Source of the DNA: Spirochaetia bacterium | GTDB lineage: Bacteria > Spirochaetota > Spirochaetia > SZUA-6 > Bin103 | Direction of reading: 5' to 3' | Assembly: GCA_965208575.1 (NCBI GenBank) | Contig: CBDBOV010000002.1 | Span: 224,001 to 288,000, forward strand | Length of the DNA: 64,000 bases | Shown: positions 1-11,338 of the stretch, piece by piece | Layout: the number at the start of each line of letters is the position of its first letter | How positions within the stretch are numbered: position 1 is the stretch's first letter | Position numbers and translations under genes: made by a program | The notes under the pieces: model-generated | What the model saw: only the letters and a program-made list of their open reading frames with translations | What the model was told of the DNA's origin: nothing | Database searches by the model: none

Positions 1-1130
<1,130 letters not shown>

Positions 1131-1152
1131 ACCCACCTTCGCGGCTTCCGTG

Positions 1153-2115
1153 TTACGCGGACCGCAGTTCCAACGCCGCCATCTCCTCCGCCGACAGGTC
1201 CAGCTCCGCGGCGCGCGTGCTGGCGGCGAATTCCTCGGTAGTGCGCGCTCCCACCAGGGGAAACACGTTCAGCGCGGTGCCGAACAGATAGGCCAGCGCT
1301 ATCGTGGCCACGCTCACGCCGCGTTGGTCGGCAATCTCCCTGGCGGCGTCGTAGCGGCGGAAATTGTCTTCCGTGCCGTAGGTCTCGGCACTCAGCTTCA
1401 TCAAGTAGTCGGTAAACGTGTGCAGGTTGTCGCGCCGCAGGGCGCCGGAGAAAAACCCGCCGGCGAGACTCGACCACACCAGCAGCGGCATCTGGGTGAG
1501 CCGGTACCAGTCACGGTCCTGGGCGCCGTCCGGGCCGCTGATCGACAGGCACTCCGGCCACGGCTCCCGGCGCTGCACCGCCAAGCTGAAGTTGGGGCTG
1601 CTGGCGCGCATCATCGGCAGGCCGTGCTCCTCGGCGTAGGCGTTGGCCTCCTGGATGCGCCGCGGGCTCCAGTTGGAGCCGCCGAACGCGCGGATCCGCC
1701 CCGCCTGCTGGTGGTCGGCCAGGGCGTCCATGATCGGCCCCACCGGCAGGCGCGGGTCGTCGCGGTGCAGCAGGTACAGGTCGACGTGATCGGTCCGCAG
1801 GCGCGCGAGGGTATCCATCAGGTCAGACGCAAGATCATACGGCGTTACCCGCCGGCGGTCCACGTTGTGGTGGCAGCCCTTGCCGACGATCACCACCCGG
1901 TCGCGGTTGCCGCGCGCCTCCATCCACCGGCCGAGCACGCGGTCGGCGTCGCCGCCGCCGTAGCCGTGCGCCGTATCGAACGTGGTGCCGCCCTGCTCAA
2001 ACACGCCGTCGAGAAGTGCGAAGCCTTCCTCGAGCCGGTCGCGGCTGAGCATGATGGTGCCCTGAATCACGCGCGCGAGGGGCTTGTCCAATCCGTCTAT
2101 CTGCTCGTAGATCAT
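1153..2115 (-). CDS. Aldo/keto reductase
   Basis: FDTAHGYG, LRTDHVDLYLLHRDD and GRIRAFGGSNW motifs. Confidence 0.9.
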   Translation of the reverse strand: MIYEQIDGLDKPLARVIQGTIMLSRDRLEEGFALLDGVFEQGGTTFDTAHGYGGGDADRVLGRWMEARGNRDRVVIVGKGCHHNVDRRRVTPYDLASDLMDTLARLRTDHVDLYLLHRDDPRLPVGPIMDALADHQQAGRIRAFGGSNWSPRRIQEANAYAEEHGLPMMRASSPNFSLAVQRREPWPECLSISGPDGAQDRDWYRLTQMPLLVWSSLAGGFFSGALRRDNLHTFTDYLMKLSAETYGTEDNFRRYDAAREIADQRGVSVATIALAYLFGTALNVFPLVGARTTEEFAASTRAAELDLSAEEMAALELRSA

Positions 2116-3116
2116 GCAGGTGCTCTCTCTTCGAATGGATAGCTGACGCCGATGGCGCGCCGCGCCGCGTCGAGCGTTTCGCTGATGGCGATCGACTCGG
2201 CGAGGGGCATCACCGGCGAGTCGGTAGCGCCGGCCCGGATCAGCTCCATGAAATGCTCCGCCTCGTAGTTGAAGCCGTTGCCCACCATCGGATAGCTGCG
2301 TTCATCCGGGGCTGCGGAACCGCGGTGCACGATAAGCCGGTCGCTGCGCCAGAACCGCGGGCCCACAACCACGTAGCCGCCGCTGCCCACCACGCTTGCC
2401 AAGTGCGGCGAACGGGTGGTGAGCGAGCAGGTGAGCGCGGCGACCGCGCCGTCCGGGTAACTCAAAGATACCGCGGTGCGCTCGTCGACACCGGTGGTGC
2501 CGACGTGAGCGGCCGCGGCGACGCCGTTCGGGGTGCCGAGCAGCATCGACGCGAACGACACGCAGTACACGCCCAGGTCAAGCAGCGCACCGCCGGCCAG
2601 CTCGGGAGCGTACAGGCGGCTTGCCGGATCGGGCGTGCTCGCGAATCCGATGTCGGCGTGCACGACGTGCGGCTTGCCGATCTCCCCCGCCTCGATGAGG
2701 GCTCGCAGTGCCGCCGTCGCCGGGATGAAGCGGGCCCACATGCCCTCCATCAGCAGCACTCCTTGATCGCGGGCGCAGGCGGCGACGGCGCGCGCCTCGG
2801 CGGCGTTGACCGTGAGCGGCTTCTCGCACAGCACGGCTTTGCCTGCCTCCAGGCAAAGCCGGCACGCGGCGGCGTGCTGCGGATGCGGCGTGGCCACGTA
2901 TACGGCGTGCACGTCCGGGTCGGCCGCCAGCGCCTCGTAGCCGGCATGGGCGCGCGCGGCCCCGTGTTCGGCGGCGAACCGCGCGGCGCGCTCGGCGGAG
3001 CGCGAGCCCACGGCCACCAGCCGCGCCCCGGCCGCGTCACGCAGGCCGGCGGCGAACTTCACGGCAATGCGGCCCGGTCCCAGAATGCCCCAGTTGACCG
3101 CCTCAGGCTTAGGCAT
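2112..3116 (-). CDS. Gfo/Idh/MocA family oxidoreductase
   Basis: WGILGPGRIA Rossmann start, VLCEKP, GGALLDLGVY; overlaps the start of the next gene by 4 bp. Confidence 0.92.
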   Translation of the reverse strand: MPKPEAVNWGILGPGRIAVKFAAGLRDAAGARLVAVGSRSAERAARFAAEHGAARAHAGYEALAADPDVHAVYVATPHPQHAAACRLCLEAGKAVLCEKPLTVNAAEARAVAACARDQGVLLMEGMWARFIPATAALRALIEAGEIGKPHVVHADIGFASTPDPASRLYAPELAGGALLDLGVYCVSFASMLLGTPNGVAAAAHVGTTGVDERTAVSLSYPDGAVAALTCSLTTRSPHLASVVGSGGYVVVGPRFWRSDRLIVHRGSAAPDERSYPMVGNGFNYEAEHFMELIRAGATDSPVMPLAESIAISETLDAARRAIGVSYPFEERAPA

Positions 3117-3393
3117 CGGCGCAGCTTAACCAAAGTTGGCACCGCGCGCCAAGGGCGGCTAATCAGTACGACGCACCATCGATCTCTGCGCTGCTACGCG
3201 CGCCAACACGGGCGGCCGACAGGTGGGATCCTGAAGCCCCTGAAACGCCAGGACTGTCACTGCTACACTCTGCAACGGTACACTGACCACTCTGAGCGCA
3301 TGGCACAGGCCGAGCGGTGGTAGTCTCTGACTCGGCCATCGCGCTGATATTGTGCTAGAATGGCAACCTCATACGATGTCTCTTGTAGGACAA

Positions 3394-6105
3394 ATGCGTA
3401 CGGATGGCAACTCGGTTCTTGACGAAGCCCAGCTAAATAGAATCGAATCAGTGCATCGCGGATTCCTGTATCAACATCTCTATGGCGTGGGTTGTCTATT
3501 GAACCTTGTGTCCAAAGAGGACGGCCTAATCACCGTAGAACGTAACGAAGACGTCGAGATCGTCACGGACACTGAGAAGTGTCTGATTCAGATAAAGACT
3601 CGAAGCCGTCCTATACGTCTGAGCGACATTTCGACAGCCCTAGACCACTTTGACCGTTTAAGAGCCACTCACGATGGAAATTCTGCTGTCAGGAGGCCCA
3701 GGTTCGCTATTGTCTCTAATATTGAACCCGGCCCGGACCTGGAGGAGAGATTGGGTTCCCCTGACTGGCCACACGATGTGGCATTCTCATCACCAGGGCA
3801 CCTCGATCATGTTCACGAGCTCGCACCTCCACCTTGGCGATCTGTGGAGAGCGCGCTCGAATGGTGCGTGTCCGCTGCGACTCAGCTACCCTTCCAATCG
3901 ATCTCACCTGACACCCTTGTGTGGAAGCTCGCGGCGCGAGTTCAGTTTGCGGCGACCGGTGACGATGATGAGAGACGCAATCATGCTTTTCGACGTGTTG
4001 ATCTCCCGGATCTGTTCGATCTCCTTGTTCGACAACTTCAGGAGTTTCCAGCTATACCGACCAACTATCGGCCGCAGCTTGGTGAACCTGATTTTGGTCG
4101 GGATCAACGAGTGCAATTGATCACGGCATTCGCTGGAGGAGGCAAGACGATCTGGAGTTCGTGGCAGGCAAAGCACACGACCGCCGACACAATCTACTTC
4201 GACGTGGGCGATTTGTCAGGATCGGCGCTCGCAAGTTCAATTGCGCGTGAGTTGGCTGCCCGCTTTGTTTCCGGCCGAGGCACTGGTGCCGCTCAGATAC
4301 CCGCACGTACGGGGCTTGACGCACTACGAGTTATCTCTCAGGAGATTCGTCTAACTCAATCGCCGATCGTGATTGTAGACAACGTTCACCGGGTGGACCC
4401 CATGGATATGCGCCAAGTAATCGAGGCGTGTTCGACGGTACGGTTTGTGCTTATAGGTAGACCGTGGGAAAATCAAGTAATTCTCGAAGGGATGCTTGGG
4501 ATAACGGCAGAAAGACTTCCCGGTTGGGATAGAGACACCGTGGCATCTGTATTTCATGCTGAGGGAGTGAAAGTAGATCCGGCAAGTGCAAGCCGGTGGA
4601 GGGAGATCACCGGCGGACTGCCGCTGTACGTAACCAATGCCGCCCAACTATGTAATGAACTATACCCTCGAGGCGCGGATCAGTTCCTCTCAGCCGTCAG
4701 AAGTGACGCGCACCCGGTGGCACTGTCACAAGAGGCGATCCTTAAACTGCTGTTTGAGCATTTAAATACATCGGAACGGACCGCCGTCGCAGCACTGAGT
4801 CTGACGAATGTGAAGCTCAGTAACGACGAGTTATGCGCCTTCTTCTCGGCGTTGCCGGCGTTGGCACACGGTAGCGGATCAACTCTACGCTCTCTGAACC
4901 GGAGGGGAATAGTTCAGGTCTTTTCCGACGGTGGAAGAAAGCTGCACGACGTCTTGCGGTTGCCGGCTAGATCGCTACAAGACGAGTTGCCTCAGGCAGA
5001 TGTGCAGCGGTTACGGAGTAGGCTTCGGGACATCTTGTTTTCGTCCCTCGAAGCGGAGCGGGACATCACTCGGTTTGGTGCGTGGATCCGGCTTCTCGCG
5101 CCTACTGGACAGGTAGACACGCTAGTTGACCTTGCGACGAGTGAGATTTTTCACGAACTCGGAGATCCGCAAGACCTAAAGGCCGTATTGACAAAGGCGG
5201 CCCGTGAGGCCGGAGAGGATCGAGAGACTGCTTTCTGGGCCTTGGATGCCGTGACGTTCTGGGAGCTTCAAGAAGGGTCTAGAGATAGCGATCCGGAGCC
5301 GTACCTGCGTCAATTGGAGGATCTTATTAGGGACGGGGGATTCAGCCGTCGTCAGGAATCGGCCGTGGTAATGAAGCGAATGATGGTCTTCGGAAAGAGC
5401 GGTGATCGACGAGCAATGGAGCGCACGTTCACTGCTGAGGCCCGCCTCTGCGAGGGGGACTCGCTTATGTCAAGAGTCCTCAGGTACAATTACGCAAACG
5501 CACTCTTTCGCGGCGGCCATTTCCGTGATGCGTGTAGAGTAGCTTTCAATCTTAGCAAGGAATATTACGACCTATTGGAGATAGACGTAACCAAGGTAGT
5601 AGGCGCTGATCGAACGCAGATGAGTGCTCTTATTCACGACGTCTCGGACAAAATAGATGATATAAAACATCTCGGAGATTGCCTAGATGTCGTCGCCAGA
5701 TGTATGCGACACCTCGGTCAGAATCCGGGACTAGCGGCGATACATGCGGTAAAGTTTTACGAGCTATCAGGTGCGCATCGTTCTCAAATGCGGGCGGCCC
5801 AAGACGTAGTCGACGACTTCATTTCGATAGGAGATTTTGAGTACGCACTGGAACTGATGGAGGGATATGTATTGCCGCTTCTCAAACATATGCGGTTTGA
5901 CAGCCATTTGGTGGAGGTTAGAGGTCAATATGCTGTGATTCTCGCATACAATGGCCGACACGATGAAGCAGGAGAGGAAATGGAGAGGGTAGTGCCGTAT
6001 GTTGAAGATCTTCCTCACGACCATCGCGCGAGCGTAAGGAATCAACAGAAGATGGTGAAAGAGATGGCAGAAGGGCGGATGCGTACGTTTGGGGCGAAGG
6101 CATAA
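3394..6105 (+). CDS. Putative defence protein: N-terminal Cap4/DUF4297-like PD-(D/E)xK nuclease, central P-loop NTPase, C-terminal helical (TPR-like) region
   Basis: RGFLYQ...EDVEI...IQIK nuclease signature; AFAGGGKT Walker A; IVIVDNVH Walker B; TGGLPL (GxP-like); visibly lower GC than flanks. ORF opens at 3352; ATG 3394 has AGGA upstream. Confidence 0.7.
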   Translation: MRTDGNSVLDEAQLNRIESVHRGFLYQHLYGVGCLLNLVSKEDGLITVERNEDVEIVTDTEKCLIQIKTRSRPIRLSDISTALDHFDRLRATHDGNSAVRRPRFAIVSNIEPGPDLEERLGSPDWPHDVAFSSPGHLDHVHELAPPPWRSVESALEWCVSAATQLPFQSISPDTLVWKLAARVQFAATGDDDERRNHAFRRVDLPDLFDLLVRQLQEFPAIPTNYRPQLGEPDFGRDQRVQLITAFAGGGKTIWSSWQAKHTTADTIYFDVGDLSGSALASSIARELAARFVSGRGTGAAQIPARTGLDALRVISQEIRLTQSPIVIVDNVHRVDPMDMRQVIEACSTVRFVLIGRPWENQVILEGMLGITAERLPGWDRDTVASVFHAEGVKVDPASASRWREITGGLPLYVTNAAQLCNELYPRGADQFLSAVRSDAHPVALSQEAILKLLFEHLNTSERTAVAALSLTNVKLSNDELCAFFSALPALAHGSGSTLRSLNRRGIVQVFSDGGRKLHDVLRLPARSLQDELPQADVQRLRSRLRDILFSSLEAERDITRFGAWIRLLAPTGQVDTLVDLATSEIFHELGDPQDLKAVLTKAAREAGEDRETAFWALDAVTFWELQEGSRDSDPEPYLRQLEDLIRDGGFSRRQESAVVMKRMMVFGKSGDRRAMERTFTAEARLCEGDSLMSRVLRYNYANALFRGGHFRDACRVAFNLSKEYYDLLEIDVTKVVGADRTQMSALIHDVSDKIDDIKHLGDCLDVVARCMRHLGQNPGLAAIHAVKFYELSGAHRSQMRAAQDVVDDFISIGDFEYALELMEGYVLPLLKHMRFDSHLVEVRGQYAVILAYNGRHDEAGEEMERVVPYVEDLPHDHRASVRNQQKMVKEMAEGRMRTFGAKA

Positions 6106-6266
6106 TCGTGCAAGTTCGGCCGAGCAGGCAACGTCGTTGGATTCAATTGCGGCAGGCTGGGTGGCGCGGGTTGTACGGCCGCCAGGCAGAGACCATTCTC
6201 AAAGTAGCATGCAAGCTCGGGCCCGCGTGTGGGGCACGGACGGTTCGTGACCACCCGGAGGAGTAA

Positions 6267-8141
6267 ATGATGCGCATACCGGGCACCCTTTCCGGCGGGC
6301 AGGCGCTGGCGTACGGCGCCGCGCGTGCCGGCGTCGGCTGCGTGACCGGCTACCCCGGTTCGCCGAGTTCGGCGACATTGGCGGCGCTGGTCGAGCTGCG
6401 GCGCGCCGGCGCCGGGGCCGGCTGCCACCTGGAGTGGTCGGCCAACGAGCGGGTCGCCCTGGAGGTGGCGATCGGCGCCAGTCTGGGCGGCCGGCGCTCG
6501 CTGGTGTGCACCAAGAGCGTCGGCATGAACGTGATGGTCGACCCGCTGATGGCGCTGAACGTGACGCCGCTGAGCGCCGGGCTGGTGATCATTCTCGGCG
6601 ACGACCCGGGTGCGTACGGGTCGCAGAACGACCAGGACACGCGCAGCCTGGCCGACCTGCTGGAGCTGCCGATGGTGGAGCCGGACACCCCGCGCGCCGG
6701 CCTGGAGATGGTGGAGGCGGCGTTCGCCGCGTCGGAGCGGTACGCGATGCCGGTAGTGGTGCGGGTCACGCGCAGCTTCGACGCCTGCCGCGCGGATGCC
6801 GGCGACCTCGCCGGGGCGGCGCTCGACTGGCGGGTGCGGGAGGGCGCGGTGGCGCGCGAACCGCTGCGCTACGTGCCCTACCCCGGCAACGCGGTGGCCA
6901 AGCACCGCGATCTGCACCGCCGCCTGGACGCGGCCGCGGCGTGGGTGGCGTCCGCGGCATTCAATCGCAGCACGCTTGCCATTCCCGAGTCGACCGCTCG
7001 CCGGTCTGATGCGGCGGTCCGCACCCGAAGTACCGGAGAGCGGCAGCCGGGGCCCCGGCTGCGCAGCCGCGCGGCGCCGGCGGCCTCCGGCACGGCGCCG
7101 CGGCGTTCAGCACTCGCGGTCCGCACCGCGCCGCCCCCAGGCGCAGACCCGACGCCCGGCACGGCGCGGGCAGCGTCGGACGGAGCCGCGGCAGCGGAGC
7201 GCGGCGACCGGCCGGGTGGACGGCGCGGCATCGTGAGCTCCGGGTTCTGCACCAGCAAGCTGAACGACGTGATCGGCGACGGGGCGGGAGCGGCCGGCGA
7301 TAAGGTGGGGCGGCTGGCCCTGGGCGGCGTTTTTCCGTTGCCCGCGGCGCCGTTGCGGGCGTTCCTCGCCGCACACGACGAAGTGCTGGTGGTGGAAGAG
7401 AACGAGCCGTACCTGGAGCAGCGCATCGCCGCCCTGGCGCATGCCGAGCGGCTTGCCGTGCGGGTGCGCGGCAAGCTGACCGGCGACGTGGCGCGCTGCG
7501 GCGAACTGTACCGTTGGCAGATCGTGGACGCGCTGGCGCGCTTCGCGCCGCACCTGGCGCAGGGGGGGCAGGCCGCCGCGTACACCGCGGACGGCGAGGC
7601 GGCCGAGCGCCCGCCGCGGCGCGATCACTGCGCCGGCTGCCCGTTCGACAAGCTGATCGACGCGGTGCAGGCGTGGCTGGCCGGCAGCGGCCGCGACGCC
7701 TGGCTGGTGGCCGATCCCGGGTGCCTGGTGTCCGAGGCCACGCGTCTGGGCGCAAAGTACGCGATCGGCTCGGCGGCGGCGGTGGCGCACGGCCTGCAGC
7801 ACGCCGGCCAGGACGCGGTGGCGCTGTTCGGCGATTCGGCGTTCTTCCACGCCGCGCTGCCGGCGCTGTGCAACGCCTACGCGCAGGGCGCCGACCTGGC
7901 CGTGATCGTGGTGGACAACGCCGGTGCGGTCACCACCGGCCGGCAGCCGCATCCCGGCAGCGGGCGCACGGCGCTCGGCTCGCCCGCGCCGCGGCTGGAC
8001 ATGCTTGCGCTCGCCCGCGCCTGCGGCGCCAGCCATGCCGCGCAGGCTGGCCTGGAGGACCTGCCGGCAGCGCTGCCGGCCGCCCTCGACGGCCCCGGCC
8101 TGCGCGTGCTGGTGGTGGATGCCCCGTGCCGGGAAGTGTGA
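6267..8141 (+). CDS. iorA: Indolepyruvate:ferredoxin oxidoreductase alpha subunit-like TPP enzyme
   Basis: TGYPGSPSS, EWSANERVALE, KSVGMNV, DDPGAYGSQNDQD, CAGCP, GDSAFFH...DN TPP motif. Confidence 0.75.
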   Translation: MMRIPGTLSGGQALAYGAARAGVGCVTGYPGSPSSATLAALVELRRAGAGAGCHLEWSANERVALEVAIGASLGGRRSLVCTKSVGMNVMVDPLMALNVTPLSAGLVIILGDDPGAYGSQNDQDTRSLADLLELPMVEPDTPRAGLEMVEAAFAASERYAMPVVVRVTRSFDACRADAGDLAGAALDWRVREGAVAREPLRYVPYPGNAVAKHRDLHRRLDAAAAWVASAAFNRSTLAIPESTARRSDAAVRTRSTGERQPGPRLRSRAAPAASGTAPRRSALAVRTAPPPGADPTPGTARAASDGAAAAERGDRPGGRRGIVSSGFCTSKLNDVIGDGAGAAGDKVGRLALGGVFPLPAAPLRAFLAAHDEVLVVEENEPYLEQRIAALAHAERLAVRVRGKLTGDVARCGELYRWQIVDALARFAPHLAQGGQAAAYTADGEAAERPPRRDHCAGCPFDKLIDAVQAWLAGSGRDAWLVADPGCLVSEATRLGAKYAIGSAAAVAHGLQHAGQDAVALFGDSAFFHAALPALCNAYAQGADLAVIVVDNAGAVTTGRQPHPGSGRTALGSPAPRLDMLALARACGASHAAQAGLEDLPAALPAALDGPGLRVLVVDAPCREV

Positions 8142-8156
8142 CCGGGCGCCATGGCC

Positions 8157-8216
8157 GCACCAGGGACACGGCGCCAGGGAACACGGCACCAGGGATATTG
8201 GCACCAGGACGTTGGC
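8157..8216. repeat. Degenerate 14-15 bp tandem repeat (GCACCAGGGAxxxG x4)
   Basis: gcaccagggacacg / gcgccagggaacacg / gcaccagggatattg / gcaccaggacgttg. Confidence 0.7.
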
Positions 8217-8250
8217 AATTGCCGTCCCTGCCCGCGATATTGGGGAGGTG

Positions 8251-8721
8251 ATGTACAGCGCGATCCTGACCGTGCATTCCTACCTGCGCTACGCGGTGCT
8301 GCTCCTGGTGCTCGTGGTAGTGCTGCGCTACGCGGCCGGACTGCTGCGCCCGCGCGCGTGGAGCGACGGCGACGAGGCTCTCGGACGGTGGATGATCCGC
8401 ATCTGGGATCTGCAGTTCCTGCTCGGGCTGGTGCTCTACTTCCTCAGTCCCATCGTGCAGTTCGGCTTCCGCAACCCCGGCGAGGCGATGGGCGACGCCC
8501 AGTTGCGCCAGTTCCTGGTCGAGCATCCGCTGCTCAACCTGCTGGCCATCGCTGCCCTGCACGTCGGATGGATCCGCGCCCGCAAGGCCGCCGGCGCGGG
8601 TGGCCGGAGGGTGCGCGCGCTGCTATTCATCGTGATCGCCGCGGGCTTGGTGGTGCTGTCGATCCCCTGGGAGGGCCGTCCGCTGCTGCGCACCGCCGTC
8701 GGCCCACCGCAACTCCTTTGA
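8251..8721 (+). CDS. Four-helix membrane protein (cytochrome b-like, two His in hydrophobic segments)
   Basis: GGAGG RBS then ATG 8251; MYSAILTVHSYLRY... with hydrophobic segments and EHP motif. Confidence 0.7.
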   Translation: MYSAILTVHSYLRYAVLLLVLVVVLRYAAGLLRPRAWSDGDEALGRWMIRIWDLQFLLGLVLYFLSPIVQFGFRNPGEAMGDAQLRQFLVEHPLLNLLAIAALHVGWIRARKAAGAGGRRVRALLFIVIAAGLVVLSIPWEGRPLLRTAVGPPQLL

Positions 8722-8842
8722 CTCGCAAGGCTGCACCGCGCCCGCCGCGCGCTGCGGAACCGAGCTGGAGTCGACGCGAGGAGTCGGTGGTTTAGTCAAC
8801 GGGCATTGCACAAGTTTAGACAATGATGATTGAATAAATGAT

Positions 8843-10237
8843 GTGACGGTCGATTCGCGCTTTGCGCCGCACAATTCCCATCGGGAAGATCCGAGCCGGT
8901 TTGCGACGCTCGACCCGCAACTCCGTGAGCTCCGCCGTGTTCCGATTGCATACCGCTATCCGCTGCTCGCCAGGTTGCCGGTCGAGGAGCCGGGGATCTA
9001 CTCGATTACCGGCGGCCGGAGGGTCGGCAAGTCGACCGTCCTCAAGCAGTGGATGGCCGATCTGCTGGATCGGGGAGTGTCGCCCGAACGGATCCTCTAC
9101 CTGACCGGGGAATTGATCGACGACCATCATGCCCTCGTGGCGCTGCTCACAAGGACCGGCCTGGGCCGGTCGGATTCCCGGCCCGCGTACCTGCTGGTCG
9201 ATGAAGTGACCTACATCCGCGGTTGGGATCGCGGCGTCAAGTATCTCGCCGATGCCGGCATGCTGGAGAACGTGATCGTGATTCTGACCGGCTCCGACTC
9301 GGTCGTCATCCGTGAGGCCCGCACCCTTCTTCCGGGCCGCCGAGGACGGGCTGCACGGGTCGACTTCCACCTCTATCCGCTGTCGTTCGCCGAGTATGTC
9401 GAGGTGGCCGGGGCTGCCCACACCGCCCCTCTCCGCCACGCGGCGGGACAGGAGCCGAGCCCGGACAGCGCTGCCGCGCTGACGCGCGCGTTCGAGAGCT
9501 ACCTGCTGCACGGCGGTTTTCTGACCGCGATCAACGACGTGGCGGCCGAGGGCCGCATTCAGCCGTCCACATTCGCGGTCTACTGCGACTGGATTCGCGG
9601 CGACATGCTCAAGCGCGGCAAGCAGGAGGTCTATCTCGAGGAGGTCCTCGGCGCGGTCGTGCGCCGGTACGGCAGCCAGGTGACCTGGAATGCCCTGGCG
9701 CGCGACCTTTCAATCGACCATCCGGCGACGGTCGCCGACTACCTCGGTCTGCTGGCGCGCATGGACGTGCTGGTCGTGCAGCACGCGCTGCGCGAAGACC
9801 GGCTCGCCGCGGCGCCGAAGAAGGCGCGCAAGGTGGCGTTCAGCGATCCGTTCATCCTGCACGCGGTGCGGAGTTGGCTCGAGCCGGAGGCAGACCCGTT
9901 CACCAGTCAGGTGAAGCCGGCTCTCGCCGATCCCGAATGGGCGGGCAAGATGGCGGAAGCGTGCGTCGCGGCGCACCATCATCGCCTGCACCCTACGTTC
10001 TACATCAAGGGCGACGGCGAGGTCGACGTAGCGTTCGTCGCGGGTGAGGGGTTCCAGCCGGTCGAGGTGAAGTGGACGGCGCAGATCCGCTCCGCGGATT
10101 TGAAGCAGGCGCGGCGGTATCCGAACAGCATCGTGTGCTCGAAGTTGGCCGTTGCACGCGTGCACGGGCTCGCGAACGAGTTGCTGCCGCTGCACCTGCG
10201 GCGCCTCGGCCCGTCACCGCACTACGTAACTTGGTAG
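8843..10237 (+). CDS. AAA_14 / DUF4143 family ATP-binding protein
   Basis: GGRRVGKST Walker A, LLVDEV Walker B, LTGS, YLLHGGF, C-terminal EVD...VEVK. Confidence 0.85.
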   Translation: MTVDSRFAPHNSHREDPSRFATLDPQLRELRRVPIAYRYPLLARLPVEEPGIYSITGGRRVGKSTVLKQWMADLLDRGVSPERILYLTGELIDDHHALVALLTRTGLGRSDSRPAYLLVDEVTYIRGWDRGVKYLADAGMLENVIVILTGSDSVVIREARTLLPGRRGRAARVDFHLYPLSFAEYVEVAGAAHTAPLRHAAGQEPSPDSAAALTRAFESYLLHGGFLTAINDVAAEGRIQPSTFAVYCDWIRGDMLKRGKQEVYLEEVLGAVVRRYGSQVTWNALARDLSIDHPATVADYLGLLARMDVLVVQHALREDRLAAAPKKARKVAFSDPFILHAVRSWLEPEADPFTSQVKPALADPEWAGKMAEACVAAHHHRLHPTFYIKGDGEVDVAFVAGEGFQPVEVKWTAQIRSADLKQARRYPNSIVCSKLAVARVHGLANELLPLHLRRLGPSPHYVTW

Positions 10238-10273
10238 CGCCGCCTGCCCGCGCACCACGGGCCGCCGGACGGG

Positions 10274-11215
10274 TTAGCTGCCGCTGACCGAGGTGACGCG
10301 GGCGAACAGGCGGTCGATGCGGGCGGTGGCGGCGGCGGACAGGGGGCCGCGGGCAAACGAGGCGGCGTTGGCGCGCAGGTGGTCCACGTTGCCGGTGCCG
10401 GACAGCACGGTGCTGACGCCCGGCTGGCCGATGCAGTAGCGGTAGGCGGCGTCTGCGAGGTCCTCGGTCTCGGCGGCCAGGAAGCCGAACGGGTCCGGCG
10501 CGCCGGCGAGTTCCCGGTCCACCTCGCCGCGCCCGGCCAGCTCGGCGAGCAGCTCGCGCAGGCGTTCGGGGCGGCTGAACGCGCGCCGCACGGCAAACAT
10601 GATCATGGTCCCGACGTCGCGGTCGGCGGCCACGCGCAGCACGCTGTCGCGGGCGGTGTGGTTGAGCATGTTGAAGCCCACCATGACCACCTCGAAACAG
10701 CCGTCGTCGAGGGCGGCGCGCAGCATGGCGTGCTCGGTGTCGTTGCCGAACCGTTCGGTGATGCCGAGGAAGCGCACCTTGCCCGCCTCTCGCAGGCGCA
10801 GCAGCGCGGGCACCAACTCCGCCCGGGCGTGCGCGTACTGCTCGTCGCTGACGCCGTGCAGGTGATAGACGTCGATGTAGTCGGTCTCCAGGCGGCGCAG
10901 GCTCGCCTCCACCGCGGCTTTCAGCTCGGCGCCGGTCAGCAGCCGGTCGCCGCTGTCGGCGCGCAGGCCCCGCTTGCTCGACAGCACCACCTCCTCGCGC
11001 CGGCAGCCGCGCAGCCCGGCGGCCACCAGCGGCTCGGTACGGTAGGCGGTGGCGGTGTCGATGAAGTTCACCCCGGCGTCGAGCGCCGCCCGCACCACGG
11101 CCGCGGACTGCTCGCCGGTGCGCCCCGTGCTCAGCCCCAGCCGGCTCGGTCCGCCGCAGCCGAGCGCCATCGCGCTCACCTCGAGGCCGGTGCGTCCCAG
11201 CCGCCGATACTCCAT
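10274..11215 (-). CDS. Aldo/keto reductase
   Basis: MEYRRLGRTGLEVS, NFIDTATAY, SLRRLETDYIDVYHLH. Confidence 0.92.
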   Translation of the reverse strand: MEYRRLGRTGLEVSAMALGCGGPSRLGLSTGRTGEQSAAVVRAALDAGVNFIDTATAYRTEPLVAAGLRGCRREEVVLSSKRGLRADSGDRLLTGAELKAAVEASLRRLETDYIDVYHLHGVSDEQYAHARAELVPALLRLREAGKVRFLGITERFGNDTEHAMLRAALDDGCFEVVMVGFNMLNHTARDSVLRVAADRDVGTMIMFAVRRAFSRPERLRELLAELAGRGEVDRELAGAPDPFGFLAAETEDLADAAYRYCIGQPGVSTVLSGTGNVDHLRANAASFARGPLSAAATARIDRLFARVTSVSGS

Positions 11216-11338
11216 CCGTCACCCCCCATTGCGGCGCACGGTCCGCCCCGATACTGTGCCGGGGGCGCCCTGCCATCGCAAGAATGCATTGTGCACCGGG
11301 AAGCGCCCCGCTACCACCTGCAATCCAAGGAGCCGAAC

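Noticed and set aside
10379-11338. N-terminal 320-aa extension of the transketolase ORF
   Set aside because: Antisense to the aldo/keto reductase; real start with RBS at 11339
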